Shown here: positions 26,534 through 36,658 of the stretch, one piece after another
Numbering within the stretch: the stretch's first letter is position 1
Layout: the number at the start of each line of letters is the position of its first letter
Notes under the pieces: model-generated
What the model was told of the DNA's origin: nothing
What the model saw: only the letters and a program-made list of their open reading frames with translations
Databases searched by the model: none
Source: Chromatiales bacterium
GTDB lineage: Bacteria; Pseudomonadota; Gammaproteobacteria; RBG-16-57-12
DNA: 64,000 nucleotides
Reading direction: 5' to 3'
NCBI GenBank assembly: GCA_026989455.1
Contig: JALSJH010000059.1
Span: forward strand, 784 to 64,783
Translations under genes and position numbers: made by a program

Positions 26534-28735
26534 ATGTCGAGTCGTCAACCTATCTGGTCAGTAGCTGTTCCTTCGCCTCTGCGTCGCCGTTTTGACTATC
26601 TGCTGCCCGATGATTTTACAGCAGTGCCTAGGCCGGGGCAGCGGGTAGAGGTTCCTTTCGGTGGTCGCCAATTAGTGGGGGTGCTACTTCAATCGTTGAA
26701 TAAGGGCAGTGCCACGCCCCATAATAAGCTTAAAAGTATGGTCAGGGTGTTGGATGAGGAGGCATTGCTAGGTGGTACGCTGTTTCGTTTGTTGGAGTGG
26801 AGCAGTCGCTATTACCACCATCCCATTGGCGAGGTTTTTTCCGTAGCACTGCCGACTCTGCTACGCAAAGGGGGCGATTTGGCATATCGCGGGCAGCGCT
26901 GTTGGCAGCTGAGTGATGCAGCTCTCGAAGTTGATCCAGAGCAGCTTAAACGGGCACCCAAGCAGCGCCAGCTGCTGTCACTGTTGATCGAGCATAGGGT
27001 GTTGAGTGACCGGCAACTAAATCAACACGCCAAGGGGTGGCAAGCGGCGATGCGCCTGTTACGCGAGAAGGGGTTGGTGGTCATCGAGCAGCAACCTGAG
27101 ATAGGCCAAGTCGCTGCGGAAGAGGTGAAAGAACTCAACTCGGAGCAATCGATAGCGGTTAATGATGTGGTTTCAGGTTTATCGGCTTTTCACCCCTTTT
27201 TGTTGAATGGGGTGACGGGTTCGGGCAAAACAGAAGTCTATCTCTCCATTGCTGAAAAGGTGATTGAGCAGGGTCGTCAGGTGTTGATTTTGGTGCCTGA
27301 GATAGGGCTCACCCCCCAGTTAGTGACACGTTTTCAGCAGCGCTTTGCGGTGCCCATTGCCTTGATGCACTCAGGATTAAGTGATCAAGAGCGCCTCGAT
27401 AGCTGGATGATTGCCCGTGATGGTCGCGCTCCGCTGGTGATCGGTACCCGTTCAGCGGTCTTTGCACAGATGAAAAATCTGGGTCTGATTATTGTTGATG
27501 AGGAGCATGACGGCTCGCTTAAACAGCAGGATGGTTTTCGTTACTCCGCCCGTGATGTGGCGGTGATGCGTGCGCGCCTTGAAAAAGTAGCCATTGTTTT
27601 GGGTTCAGCAACCCCCTCGCTGGAGACGTTGTATAACGTGGCTCAGGGGCGGTATCGGGAGCTTAAGTTGACCCAGCGGGCGGGCGGTGCCAAGCCACCG
27701 AAGATCGAGGCACTGGATGTGCGGGGGCAATATATGGAGCATGGCATCTCCAATGCGCTGATCACTCGAATGCGCCAGCACCTGGGAAAATCGGGGCAGG
27801 TATTGCTGTTTCTGAATCGTCGAGGCTACTCACCCACTCTGCTGTGCCACGATTGTGGCTGGTCTGCCGAGTGTCAGCGCTGTGATAGTCACATGGTGTT
27901 GCATCAGCGCGAACAGCGGCTTCGTTGCCACCACTGCGGTAAAGATGAACGCATGGTGCGGGTTTGCCCACAATGTAAAAGTGAGCAGTTGCGCTCCATA
28001 GGCCAGGGAACGGAGCGTATTGAAGAGGCGTTGCAACACCATTTCCCCGAGTACAGCATTGTTAGGATTGATCGTGATAGCACCCGGCGCAAGGGTTCAC
28101 TTCAGGCGATGATTGATGGGGTTCATGAGGGTAAACACCAGATTTTACTGGGCACGCAAATGCTGGCAAAAGGGCATCACTTTCCGAATGTGACGCTGGT
28201 GGGGATTCTCGATGCAGAGCAGGGGCTGTTCAGTGCTGATTACCGTGCCGTGGAGCGTATGGCGCAACAGATCCTGCAAGTGGCTGGGCGAGCAGGCCGG
28301 GCGCAGCGCCCGGGTACGGTTATCATTCAAACCCACCACCCTGAACACCCGATGTTGCGCGAGCTGTTGGAGCAGGGTTACACAAAGTTTTCCAGTGCGC
28401 TGATGCGTGAACGAAAAGAGACCGAGATGCCGCCTTTTACTGCATTAGCCCTGCTGCGGGCGGAGTCCACCGACCAAGCATTGCCGCAATGCTTTTTGAG
28501 TGAGGTTTATCAGTTAGCTGCGGCGCACCAGTTGCCCGATGTTCTTCTATTAGGCCCGGTGCCCTCTCCCATGGAGCGTCGGGCGGGTCGTTACCGTGCG
28601 CAGCTGTTAATTCAGACCCCCCAACGAGGTGCTTTGCATCGCCTTTTGGAGCGACTGCTGCCGCAACTGGAAAAAAGCAAGTTGGGGCGCAAGGTGCGTT
28701 GGTCGCTGGATATCGATCCCATCGAAATGTATTAG
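26534..28735 (+). CDS. priA: Primosomal protein N' (replication restart helicase)
   Basis: Walker A GVTGSGKTEVY, DEEH box, and a Cys-rich zinc-binding region (CHDCGWSAECQRCD ... CHHCG ... CPQC). Confidence 0.9.
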   Translation: MSSRQPIWSVAVPSPLRRRFDYLLPDDFTAVPRPGQRVEVPFGGRQLVGVLLQSLNKGSATPHNKLKSMVRVLDEEALLGGTLFRLLEWSSRYYHHPIGEVFSVALPTLLRKGGDLAYRGQRCWQLSDAALEVDPEQLKRAPKQRQLLSLLIEHRVLSDRQLNQHAKGWQAAMRLLREKGLVVIEQQPEIGQVAAEEVKELNSEQSIAVNDVVSGLSAFHPFLLNGVTGSGKTEVYLSIAEKVIEQGRQVLILVPEIGLTPQLVTRFQQRFAVPIALMHSGLSDQERLDSWMIARDGRAPLVIGTRSAVFAQMKNLGLIIVDEEHDGSLKQQDGFRYSARDVAVMRARLEKVAIVLGSATPSLETLYNVAQGRYRELKLTQRAGGAKPPKIEALDVRGQYMEHGISNALITRMRQHLGKSGQVLLFLNRRGYSPTLLCHDCGWSAECQRCDSHMVLHQREQRLRCHHCGKDERMVRVCPQCKSEQLRSIGQGTERIEEALQHHFPEYSIVRIDRDSTRRKGSLQAMIDGVHEGKHQILLGTQMLAKGHHFPNVTLVGILDAEQGLFSADYRAVERMAQQILQVAGRAGRAQRPGTVIIQTHHPEHPMLRELLEQGYTKFSSALMRERKETEMPPFTALALLRAESTDQALPQCFLSEVYQLAAAHQLPDVLLLGPVPSPMERRAGRYRAQLLIQTPQRGALHRLLERLLPQLEKSKLGRKVRWSLDIDPIEMY

Positions 28736-28997
28736 TGTAGTGTCCTAAACTGTATGCGTATTAAGACGAGACGAAACAGGTTAGCTGGTAGGCGCGCCCT
28801 CGCAGGGGTAGCCACTCTACCTCAAGAGGACGCAACACCCCAGGTGGCCTGTTTCGTCTCGCCCGAAGGGAAGCCATTAAATACACGATTGCGGCGTTGC
28901 AGACCTTGGAAAGGGAGCGGCCATTCCCTGCGGTCTGCGTCTGGCACTCGCGTATTTACTGGCTTTCTTAATATGCATACAGTTTAGGACACTACAC
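28735..28997. mobile_element. MITE-like palindromic element with 31-bp terminal inverted repeats (30/31 identical) and nested internal hairpins
   Basis: The left TIR GTGTAGTGTCCTAAACTGTATGCGTATTAAG (28735-28765) is the reverse complement of the right TIR at 28967-28997 except for one mismatch. An internal 16-bp inverted repeat (GACGAGACGAAACAGG / CCTGTTTCGTCTCGCC) and further stems are present. No ORF of substance lies inside. The element starts on the last base of the priA stop codon. Confidence 0.5.
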
Positions 28998-29120
28998 TAG
29001 CCCAACCCCTTTCCATCTGGTTTCACCGAAATAATCGTACCGCTCCATTTTGCATCCCGTCAGGATGCGTTAAAATAGCGTCAACAATTAGACACGCTGG
29101 CTACTCTCTGGAGAATTTAC

Positions 29121-30893
29121 TTGAAAGATCATCTACATGGCTTGATTTTGGATGCTGTCGCACAACTTCGCAAAGAGGGGCTTCTTGCCGAAGAGGCGGA
29201 TGTTGATGTGAAAGTCGAGCGCACACGGGACTCCTCACATGGTGATTTTGCCACCAATGTTGCCATGGTGATGGCTAAGCACGCGCGTCGTAAACCACGT
29301 GACTTAGCTGAGATGGTTATCGAGCGACTGCCGAGTTCGGCGAGTGTGAGTAAGGTTGAAGTGGCAGGACCTGGCTTTATAAATTTCTATATTACTGATG
29401 ATGTGCTGCAATCGGTTGTTAAGCGGATTGCCGCAGCGGGTGAGCGCTATGGCCATAGCACGATGGGTGAGGGCAAGCTGGTTCAGGTTGAATTTGTCTC
29501 GGCTAATCCTACTGGGCCGCTGCATGTGGGGCATGGCCGTGGGGCGGCTTATGGCGCAGCGGTGGCTGATCTGTTGGCTGCTGTGGGTTATCGTGTTCAC
29601 CGCGAATATTATGTGAACGATGCGGGTCGACAGATGGATATATTGGCCGCTTCAGTCTGGTTACGTTATTTACAGGTTTGTGGTGAAGAGATTGTTTTTC
29701 CGACGAATGGTTATAAAGGTGATTATGTCTCGGATATTGCCCGTTTATTGAAAGAGCGTGAGGGTGATCGATTCAAACAGGCAGCAGATGACGTGTTATC
29801 GGGCCACCCACTGGATGCGCAGCCAGATGGTAGCGGCGATAAAGAGGCCTATATTGATTCTGTTATCAGCCGCGCAAAGCAGCTGTTAGGCGTAGATGGC
29901 TACCGTACTGTTTTTGACCATGGTCTGGATTTGATACTGGATGATATTCGGCAAGATTTGCAAGAGTTTGGTGTTACCTATGATGATTGGTATTCCGAGC
30001 GCTCATTAACAGAAGGTAGCAGTGATAAGGTTCAGCAGGCACTCGACCGCCTGGAGTCCAATGGCCACATTTACTTGAAAGAGGGTGCCAAGTGGTTTAA
30101 GTCCAGTGAATTTGGTGATGAGAAGGATCGGGTTGTGGTGCGTGATAATGGCCAGACAACCTATTTTGCCTCTGATATCGCCTACCATATGGAGAAGCTT
30201 GAACGCGGTTACGAGCGGGTTATCGATGTCTGGGGTGCGGACCACCATGGTTACATTCCTCGGGTTAAAGCCGCACTACAGGCGCTGGGTGATGATGTGA
30301 GCAAGCTGGATGTGTTGTTGGTGCAGTTTGCAATACTTTATCGTGGCGGTGAAAGAGTGCCGATGTCGACCCGTAGTGGCTCCTTTGTGACGCTACGTGA
30401 GCTGCGTAATGAGGTGGGGAACGATGCTGCGCGGTTTTTCTATGTGATGCGTAAAAGCGAACAGCACCTTGATTTTGACCTTGATCTGGCGAAATCGAAG
30501 TCCAATGAAAACCCCATCTATTATATTCAATATGCCCATGCGCGGGTTTGTAGTGTTATGCGCCAATTAGAAGAGAAGGGCCTAAGCTACGACCAAAAGA
30601 GTGCATTTAGTGGGTTGGAGCTGTTGAGTGAAGAGTGTGAGCAGGCACTGCTGGTTGCACTTGCCAAGTTTCCGGAAATTGTTGAGGCGGCAGCGCTTAA
30701 TCATGAGCCTCATCAAATTGCACACTATCTGCGCGACACGGCAAATAAATTTCATACTTACTATAATGCCCATCAATTTATCGTTGAGAGTGGAACGCGG
30801 AGAAATGCACGCCTGGCACTGATTTTAGCGGTTAAACAGGTGTTGGCAAACGGGCTGAGGCTGCTTGGGGTGAGTGCGCCGGAGTCGATGTAA
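29121..30893 (+). CDS. argS: Arginine--tRNA ligase
   Basis: HIGH motif region [14 protein letters not shown] and a C-terminal anticodon-binding domain. TTG start per the ORF track. Confidence 0.9.
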   Translation: MKDHLHGLILDAVAQLRKEGLLAEEADVDVKVERTRDSSHGDFATNVAMVMAKHARRKPRDLAEMVIERLPSSASVSKVEVAGPGFINFYITDDVLQSVVKRIAAAGERYGHSTMGEGKLVQVEFVSANPTGPLHVGHGRGAAYGAAVADLLAAVGYRVHREYYVNDAGRQMDILAASVWLRYLQVCGEEIVFPTNGYKGDYVSDIARLLKEREGDRFKQAADDVLSGHPLDAQPDGSGDKEAYIDSVISRAKQLLGVDGYRTVFDHGLDLILDDIRQDLQEFGVTYDDWYSERSLTEGSSDKVQQALDRLESNGHIYLKEGAKWFKSSEFGDEKDRVVVRDNGQTTYFASDIAYHMEKLERGYERVIDVWGADHHGYIPRVKAALQALGDDVSKLDVLLVQFAILYRGGERVPMSTRSGSFVTLRELRNEVGNDAARFFYVMRKSEQHLDFDLDLAKSKSNENPIYYIQYAHARVCSVMRQLEEKGLSYDQKSAFSGLELLSEECEQALLVALAKFPEIVEAAALNHEPHQIAHYLRDTANKFHTYYNAHQFIVESGTRRNARLALILAVKQVLANGLRLLGVSAPESM

Positions 30894-31570
30894 TGGTGCA
30901 TGACTATAAAAACAGTCGTCACTCAAAAGCGGCTGGTTCGAGCGGTTCCAGTACAGCGAAAAAGCGCGGAGCTGTTAGCGCGAAGAGTAAGCCTGAGAGT
31001 GCTGTGGCGGCATCTCGTGCGGGAATGTCCCCGGCAGTGGCGTTGAGCTTGGGGCTAGGCATTGGCTTGAGCGTTGCCGCTTATCTCTATTTTGTTCTTT
31101 TGCCTGCTTCGGTAGAGGAGGCAGCTGCACCGAAAATTGAAGTGGTTGTGAAAGAGAGTCTCCCCGCTCCGCCAGTGAAAAAAGTAGCTGATGTTGAGGC
31201 AGCGCGTTTCGATTTTTATTCAATTCTTCCTAAGCTTGAAGTGATCATTCCGGATCAGGAGATCTACGAACAGAAAAAAGATTCACAGGGGAATGAGACA
31301 CAAAAAACAATTAAGCCAATTAAAAAACCAGGTCGCTATCTATTGCAAGCAGGCTCATTCCGTAAGGCGGCTGATGCGGAGCGGGTTAAGGCTGAGCTGG
31401 CATTTTTGGGTGTTGAATCGTATGTTGAGCCGGTTGTTATCGATAATCTAAATACTTGGCATCGTGTGCGAGTAGGTCCTTTTGACAATAATAAGTCTCT
31501 AGATAAAATTCGCAACCGACTGCTGGATAATCAAATTGAGGTGATGGTGCTTAAGGTGAAAGGGGGCTGA
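30893..31570 (+). CDS. SPOR-domain cell-division protein (FtsN/DedD-like)
   Basis: Cytoplasmic N-terminus, one TM helix (AVALSLGLGIGLSVAAYLYFVLL), a Pro/Lys-rich linker and a C-terminal SPOR domain (RYLLQAGSFRKAADAERVKAELAFLG ... WHRVRVGPF). Abuts the argS stop. Confidence 0.75.
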   Translation: MVHDYKNSRHSKAAGSSGSSTAKKRGAVSAKSKPESAVAASRAGMSPAVALSLGLGIGLSVAAYLYFVLLPASVEEAAAPKIEVVVKESLPAPPVKKVADVEAARFDFYSILPKLEVIIPDQEIYEQKKDSQGNETQKTIKPIKKPGRYLLQAGSFRKAADAERVKAELAFLGVESYVEPVVIDNLNTWHRVRVGPFDNNKSLDKIRNRLLDNQIEVMVLKVKGG

Positions 31571-31675
31571 ATGCCTCTATCTGCTGAATAGTTACGATTG
31601 CTTCTGGATAGGGTGGCCAAGGGTGTGAAAAGAGTTAGCCCTCACTTGAGGGCTAATCTACGAGCCGATCAGTGA

Positions 31676-32806
31676 CTACTGCTCTTTCTCTTTCATCTCT
31701 TTGCGGATTTTATCTCTATATTTCACGCCTAAATAACCATCTTGTGCTGTGATTGAGGCTGGCCTGAAGATGTCAATCTTTCGAAAAAACTGATCGGCAT
31801 AATAGATGCGACCATCTTCATCAACTTCTAACCCGGAAGGGAGCATGAAAGTACCTGGTCTACCATCGTTGCTGCGGCTGCCAATGAACAGAAGTAGCTG
31901 ACCCTCGGGGTTGAATATCTGGAAGTTGCCAAATGCCGAGTCACCAACATAGACGTTGTTATCTTTGTCTGTCGCAATTCCTTTTGGCCGTGAAAAGTTG
32001 CCACTGTAGCGTCCGGCAACACCGAATGTAGATATGAAGTCACCCTCTGCGGTGAAAGACTGGACACGGAAGTTGCCGCCATCCACAACGTAAACGGTTC
32101 CATCGGGTGCGGTGCTGACCTGAATGGGTAGATTGAAATCACCCGGTTTTTTACCACGCTCTCCGACAACTCTTTTGATTTCAAATGTCTCAGCATCGAT
32201 GACATACATGTGATGACGGGTGCTGCTAATGCCCCCGCTATCGATCACATAGAGGGTTTTTCCATCAGGGCTGACGGCGACACCCGATGGGCGGTCAAAG
32301 AGGGTTCGTCCTTCCAGCTTGCGCTGGTATTCACCCTCTTCATTGTATACTTTTATACTTTTATCTGTGATGTCAGCTACATATAGATTGCCATCCGCGT
32401 CGATGTCGATTCCTAGCGGTTTTAGCAGCATGCCAGGCCCCTCTTTTACACCGATAAAAGAGGTCTTCCCTCTGGGTACATCGAATAAAATGACGGCACG
32501 CTGAACGGTGTCAGTTACATATATTTTCCCTTTTCTGACTGCGATACCAAAAGGTTTTGCCAAGCCTGTTGTGCTTTCAGTGGAACCGGTTGCCAGAAAC
32601 TTGAATTTCATTGCGGCCGTTACATCTGCAATGCTGGCACCGCTGTAGATGGTTCGTTCATATATGAATCTAGGGTCTTCTGGAGGGTATTGCGGTGGTT
32701 TGAATTCGGGGCGGTTCTCGCTTGAGCAGCCCGTGAGGGCGGCCATGACGAACAGCAGTGAGAGCGCAAGGGTTGTTGTTATTATTTTGTGTGGCAAGTG
32801 TTGCAT
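31676..32806 (-). CDS. NHL-repeat beta-propeller lipoprotein
   Basis: Lipobox LTGC. Six NHL-like repeats (GIAVRKGKIYVTD, GIDIDADGNLYVAD, GVAVSPDGKTLYVID and others). Its start overlaps the upstream cytochrome gene by about 25 bp, indicating an operon. Confidence 0.75.
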   Translation of the reverse strand: MQHLPHKIITTTLALSLLFVMAALTGCSSENRPEFKPPQYPPEDPRFIYERTIYSGASIADVTAAMKFKFLATGSTESTTGLAKPFGIAVRKGKIYVTDTVQRAVILFDVPRGKTSFIGVKEGPGMLLKPLGIDIDADGNLYVADITDKSIKVYNEEGEYQRKLEGRTLFDRPSGVAVSPDGKTLYVIDSGGISSTRHHMYVIDAETFEIKRVVGERGKKPGDFNLPIQVSTAPDGTVYVVDGGNFRVQSFTAEGDFISTFGVAGRYSGNFSRPKGIATDKDNNVYVGDSAFGNFQIFNPEGQLLLFIGSRSNDGRPGTFMLPSGLEVDEDGRIYYADQFFRKIDIFRPASITAQDGYLGVKYRDKIRKEMKEKEQ

Positions 32807-33633
32807 AAAATTTCTCTTCTCACCGTTAGTAGAAGTTCGTTGGTTGAGTTGTGTACATCATGGCAAGATGCACACTCTATATTTCCATCGTAAAGGCGAA
32901 CACCATTGCTGAAACCTGCTGGATCCAATGGGAGCTTAAAGTCGCGATCTCGCCAGTTGAACCCGCCATACTGAATGGATATCGGGTGTTCATCTGAGAG
33001 GTCGGTGCCCAATACTTTCGGGGAAATATCGTGTGCGGCCTCTCCATCATGACATGTGCCGCAGCTGTCTAAATCTTTCGCGCTGTTCATGCGCATGTGC
33101 ATCGCAGCATCATCTTCACTCCTAAAGCTGCCAGGTGTGAAGAGCACCATATCCATTGCCATGGTGCCATCGTGGCATGAGAGGCAGAGCAAACTAATGC
33201 TGGACGGGGTGCGCAGCGGCGCATCGAGGCTGGGTGATGTGTAGGGTGTGTATTGATCGGCTGCGGGTGCAAAACGGTTCCAGCCTGCAATGCCCCCCAA
33301 TAGCTCACTGTCGGTATCGGCCTCTTCTGGCGGCAAGTGGCAGTAGACGCAGGGGTTTCCGTAGTCAGAAAAAGCAACCCCTGCCATTGCATTAACCCCG
33401 GCACGCTCATTGAGGCCAGTGAAGTCATGCTTTGAACCCATGATCGGATCATTCAGGCCAATGACCGGGTCAGCTATAATACCGACTGTCGCCAAAGCCT
33501 GTGATAGCCCGAAGGCTGATGCAATGACAGCAGAGAACAGTAGCAAATGCTTTCTACCCAAGGGCATATGAAATTTTAGAGAGTCTTTTAAGTTCATTTT
33601 GTTCCATTTTTTTTTGGGCATAATTAGCCGCAA
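32782..33633 (-). CDS. Secreted pentaheme c-type cytochrome (paralog of 7855-8772)
   Basis: Five CxxCH motifs (CVYCH, CLSCH, CGTCH, CASCH, CNTCH) in the same order, with the same flanking residues (LxCLSCHDGT, DHPI, ECASCHDxH, C-terminal CxTCHTK) as the other copy. The signal peptide suggests the real start may be the internal Met at about 33567. Confidence 0.8.
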   Translation of the reverse strand: MRLIMPKKKWNKMNLKDSLKFHMPLGRKHLLLFSAVIASAFGLSQALATVGIIADPVIGLNDPIMGSKHDFTGLNERAGVNAMAGVAFSDYGNPCVYCHLPPEEADTDSELLGGIAGWNRFAPAADQYTPYTSPSLDAPLRTPSSISLLCLSCHDGTMAMDMVLFTPGSFRSEDDAAMHMRMNSAKDLDSCGTCHDGEAAHDISPKVLGTDLSDEHPISIQYGGFNWRDRDFKLPLDPAGFSNGVRLYDGNIECASCHDVHNSTNELLLTVRREILCNTCHTK

Positions 33634-34021
33634 CCTTATCCCTCTTTATCGGCAAATTGCGCCAATATTGAAGCATCTTAATAAATTGGTGCGCCATAGT
33701 CTATGCCCAGCATTAAACTAACGTAAAAATGGGTGCTAATTTTGGGTTGAGTGTCCTTCATTTATTAGACTTTTTTCAAGTAGAGGCCGTTATGTTACCC
33801 TGTCCGCGTGGTGGTTCATCACATTGTGATTTTTCAAGAATCTGTGGATATTTCAGGGTGCGAAAAGGATTGAAAATGAGAGATAGCCGACGTTTTTTAT
33901 TGCTGAGCCGAGTACAGCGCCTCTACTATCCTGTCGGATCAGTTGGCCTGACCGGCCAACCCTTCGGACAACTCCGTGGTATTCCACTTTGGCGTTATAG
34001 CCCTTGCCAAGGGAGTAACCA

Positions 34022-34987
34022 TTGCCTGCGAGCTATGCCTTGATGCTAAATACCACAAAATCGCTGATCCAACAGTATAGTAGGGTCGCTGTACTAGCCT
34101 GGCTCACGTTGTTAGCTCCGGCCATTGCAGCAGAACCCAGTAAAAATATTTTAGAGCTGCCCGCAGAAGTTCAATTAAACACTCTTACACATATACCTTT
34201 GAGTGAAAGTGAGGTGCGCACCAAGGTGGAGTATGCGCATCGTCTTTTTGATATGAGTCTCGCTAAACGAATTTCTAGCAGTCATCATGAGCAGGCAATA
34301 ATGTTGCTGGAACAAGCGCATGCGCAGGCTGATGCTGCACAACAAGCGCTTGCTAACGGTGCACTGTCTGAGGCTGATGATTTGGTGAATCAGTGCTATC
34401 GCAGCATAGCCATCGCTTCGACGCTGGTGCCCAGCGAGCACCAGCGTGCTCTTGCAAAAACAACGCACTCGAGCATGGTTGAAGGGTTGGCTCACGCCAA
34501 GGAACTCCATGCAAAGGCTTACCAGCGAGTGGCTGAAATCAGTCAGCATGTTAAGTTTGACGCGGAAGCCGTTTATCAACTTGAACAGTTGGCGATGAGT
34601 GAGGTGGTTGATAATAATTACCAAGAGGCCAATCGACATTTGCGGCAAGCTCGAATGCTGGTAGACCTTGCTACCATGAAGATGCTAGATAATCAGACCG
34701 TTACCTATCACGTTGATGTCAGCACACCAGCGCTGGAGTATCAATATGAGGTGGGGCGTTTTCGCAGTTACGAAGAGCTTATTCCGGTAGCCATTGAGAT
34801 GAAAAAGCCCAATAAAATGCAGTTGATGTTGATTACTCGAAAGGTGGATGAAGGCTTGTGGAAGGCTGAGCAGGCACAAATCACGGCAGATGCGGGGGAT
34901 TACCCCAAGGCCATCCGTATGGTGATGGATGCCTCTGTTGATATTCGCAGGGGCTTGAAGCTGATGAAAGTAAAGCTCTATGAATAG
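34022..34987 (+). CDS. Hypothetical secreted alpha-helical protein
   Basis: A signal-peptide-like segment (VAVLAWLTLLAPAIAA) after an internal Met at about 34043. The remainder is helical and rich in A/E/Q, with no known motif. Confidence 0.5.
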   Translation: MPASYALMLNTTKSLIQQYSRVAVLAWLTLLAPAIAAEPSKNILELPAEVQLNTLTHIPLSESEVRTKVEYAHRLFDMSLAKRISSSHHEQAIMLLEQAHAQADAAQQALANGALSEADDLVNQCYRSIAIASTLVPSEHQRALAKTTHSSMVEGLAHAKELHAKAYQRVAEISQHVKFDAEAVYQLEQLAMSEVVDNNYQEANRHLRQARMLVDLATMKMLDNQTVTYHVDVSTPALEYQYEVGRFRSYEELIPVAIEMKKPNKMQLMLITRKVDEGLWKAEQAQITADAGDYPKAIRMVMDASVDIRRGLKLMKVKLYE

Positions 34988-35008
34988 TTGAGCCTTCGAG
35001 CAAGTCGT

Positions 35009-35776
35009 CTATAAGCACTTACCCACAGATTGTGGCTTGCAGCGTTTCCGGTTTGGCCAGATGGCATTGCCAAGGATCGCATCATCGAGAATGACATCGC
35101 TCAGGTCAGCAGTGCTGAAATCAGCACCCGTTAAATTTGCACCGGTCAGATTGGCATCCATGAGTGAGGCGCCTTGAAACTTGGCTTTGGTAAAATCACT
35201 GTAGCTGAGGTCGGCACCGTCTAGCTTGGCTTTATTGAAGTTGGCAAGCTTTGCTTGGCTGTTATTTAACTTGACCCTCTTTAGGTTGGCCTGTTCTAGG
35301 TTGGCCTCTGTTAGGTTTGCGCCGCTGAGCGTGGCTTGGCTAAGATTGGCGCTATAGAGGCGGGCCTTTTGCAGACGAGCATTTTCTAGATTAGCCTTTT
35401 TTAAAACAGCCCGATCAAGTCGTGCTTTCTGTAGTTTGGCACCGCTAAGATTGGCACCCGTAAAATCAGCACGTACAGCGTGGCTGTAACGCATGGCAGC
35501 ATTGCTAAGGTTACTGCCGCTGAGATTGGCGCGATCAAGGTCTGCACCTGTGAGATCGGCATCAGCAAGGTTGCTGTTTTTTAGGTTGCTGTTGAGTAGC
35601 AGGGCTTCGCTGAGGTCGACACCCGCTAAATCACGGCCACTGTGATCGCAGTCCATCCAGTTGACACCCGCTTGTGGTGGGTCATCACAACTGGCTACAG
35701 CAAGGTTAGTTGCCAATAACAGGAGAAGGGTAAGAGTGAGTCGCTGTTTAATTTTGTTATTCATTCCACCGCACAA
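35009..35776 (-). CDS. Secreted pentapeptide-repeat protein
   Basis: Signal peptide followed by about 35 consecutive pentapeptide repeats (A[DN]L[ST]x pattern such as ANLSGADLSEALLLNSNLKNSNLADADLTGADL). Confidence 0.75.
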   Translation of the reverse strand: MCGGMNNKIKQRLTLTLLLLLATNLAVASCDDPPQAGVNWMDCDHSGRDLAGVDLSEALLLNSNLKNSNLADADLTGADLDRANLSGSNLSNAAMRYSHAVRADFTGANLSGAKLQKARLDRAVLKKANLENARLQKARLYSANLSQATLSGANLTEANLEQANLKRVKLNNSQAKLANFNKAKLDGADLSYSDFTKAKFQGASLMDANLTGANLTGADFSTADLSDVILDDAILGNAIWPNRKRCKPQSVGKCL

Positions 35777-35835
35777 AGGTTGCTAGAGTTGGGTCGTCAC
35801 TCTATTACTCGAAGCGAATCAGTACAAGAGGTTCC

Positions 35836-36336
35836 TTGATGAACAAGTGCATTTTGGCAAAAAAAATGGGGCATGCACTTAAAGTGCGCGGCGTAATGGT
35901 GGCAGCTGCGGAGTCCTGTACGGGAGGGGGTGTCGCCTATGCTATTACCGCGATTGCAGGTAGTTCAGCATGGTTTGATCGTGGCTTTGTAACTTACACC
36001 AACCGGGCTAAGCAAGAGATGCTGGGTGTCTCTGGGCAAACACTGGCCAAATATGGTGCGGTTAGTGAGGCGGTAGTAATTGAAATGGCGCTGGGTGCGC
36101 GACGAAATAGCACCGCTGAGTTGACACTGGCGATTAGCGGTATCGCGGGGCCAGGTGGTGCAACGCTGGATAAGCCCGTGGGAACGGTCTGTTTTGCCTG
36201 GAGTTATGGCGAGGATGAGTTACGATCCGAAGTGAAGCAGTTCAGTGGTGAGCGCGAAGCTGTTCGCGAGCAATCCATTGTTCATGCCCTGCACGGGGTA
36301 TTACGTATTTTGGATGAGCCTGCTGATGTGGTTTGA
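35836..36336 (+). CDS. pncC: Nicotinamide-nucleotide amidohydrolase (CinA C-terminal domain family)
   Basis: CinA C-terminal domain, 166 aa. Sits at the conserved position immediately upstream of recA, as ygaD/pncC does in E. coli. Confidence 0.8.
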   Translation: MMNKCILAKKMGHALKVRGVMVAAAESCTGGGVAYAITAIAGSSAWFDRGFVTYTNRAKQEMLGVSGQTLAKYGAVSEAVVIEMALGARRNSTAELTLAISGIAGPGGATLDKPVGTVCFAWSYGEDELRSEVKQFSGEREAVREQSIVHALHGVLRILDEPADVV

Positions 36337-36347
36337 AGATTAAAAAA

Positions 36348-36367
36348 TAGTGTATAAATGTACATGT
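36348..36367. promoter_or_regulatory. Candidate LexA/SOS box upstream of recA (degenerate CTGT-N8-ACAG)
   Basis: GTGTATAAATGTACAT matches 6 of 8 conserved positions of the gamma LexA box. It lies about 300 bp upstream of the recA GTG, with a long leader in between. Confidence 0.3.
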
Positions 36368-36658
36368 TGTGTATAATTCATTTCAAGCAGGCATTGCTTT
36401 AGGAGGCTCTGATCAAGTCATGAATGTTTTATGTTGGCTGAAATCGTCCTCATTTATCCCGAAAATTGCACCAATAGAGCAACTATTACTGCGTATTTCG
36501 GAGCAAATGAGAGCAATTTCCTCTCAGCCTAAATTAATCCAGACTTAACCAGAGACTCCTTTGGAGTTATTCCGAATAACATCCATTATTGTGAAGTGTT
36601 CGGAACCGCTATTGGCAATGACCAACAACATTAAAAGCAGTCGTCAGGAGAGACTCTC

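Noticed and set aside
28754-28987. 77-aa ORF inside the palindromic element
   Set aside because: It lies entirely within the inverted-repeat structure. It has no RBS and an Arg/Gly-rich low-complexity translation typical of reading through a GC-rich hairpin.
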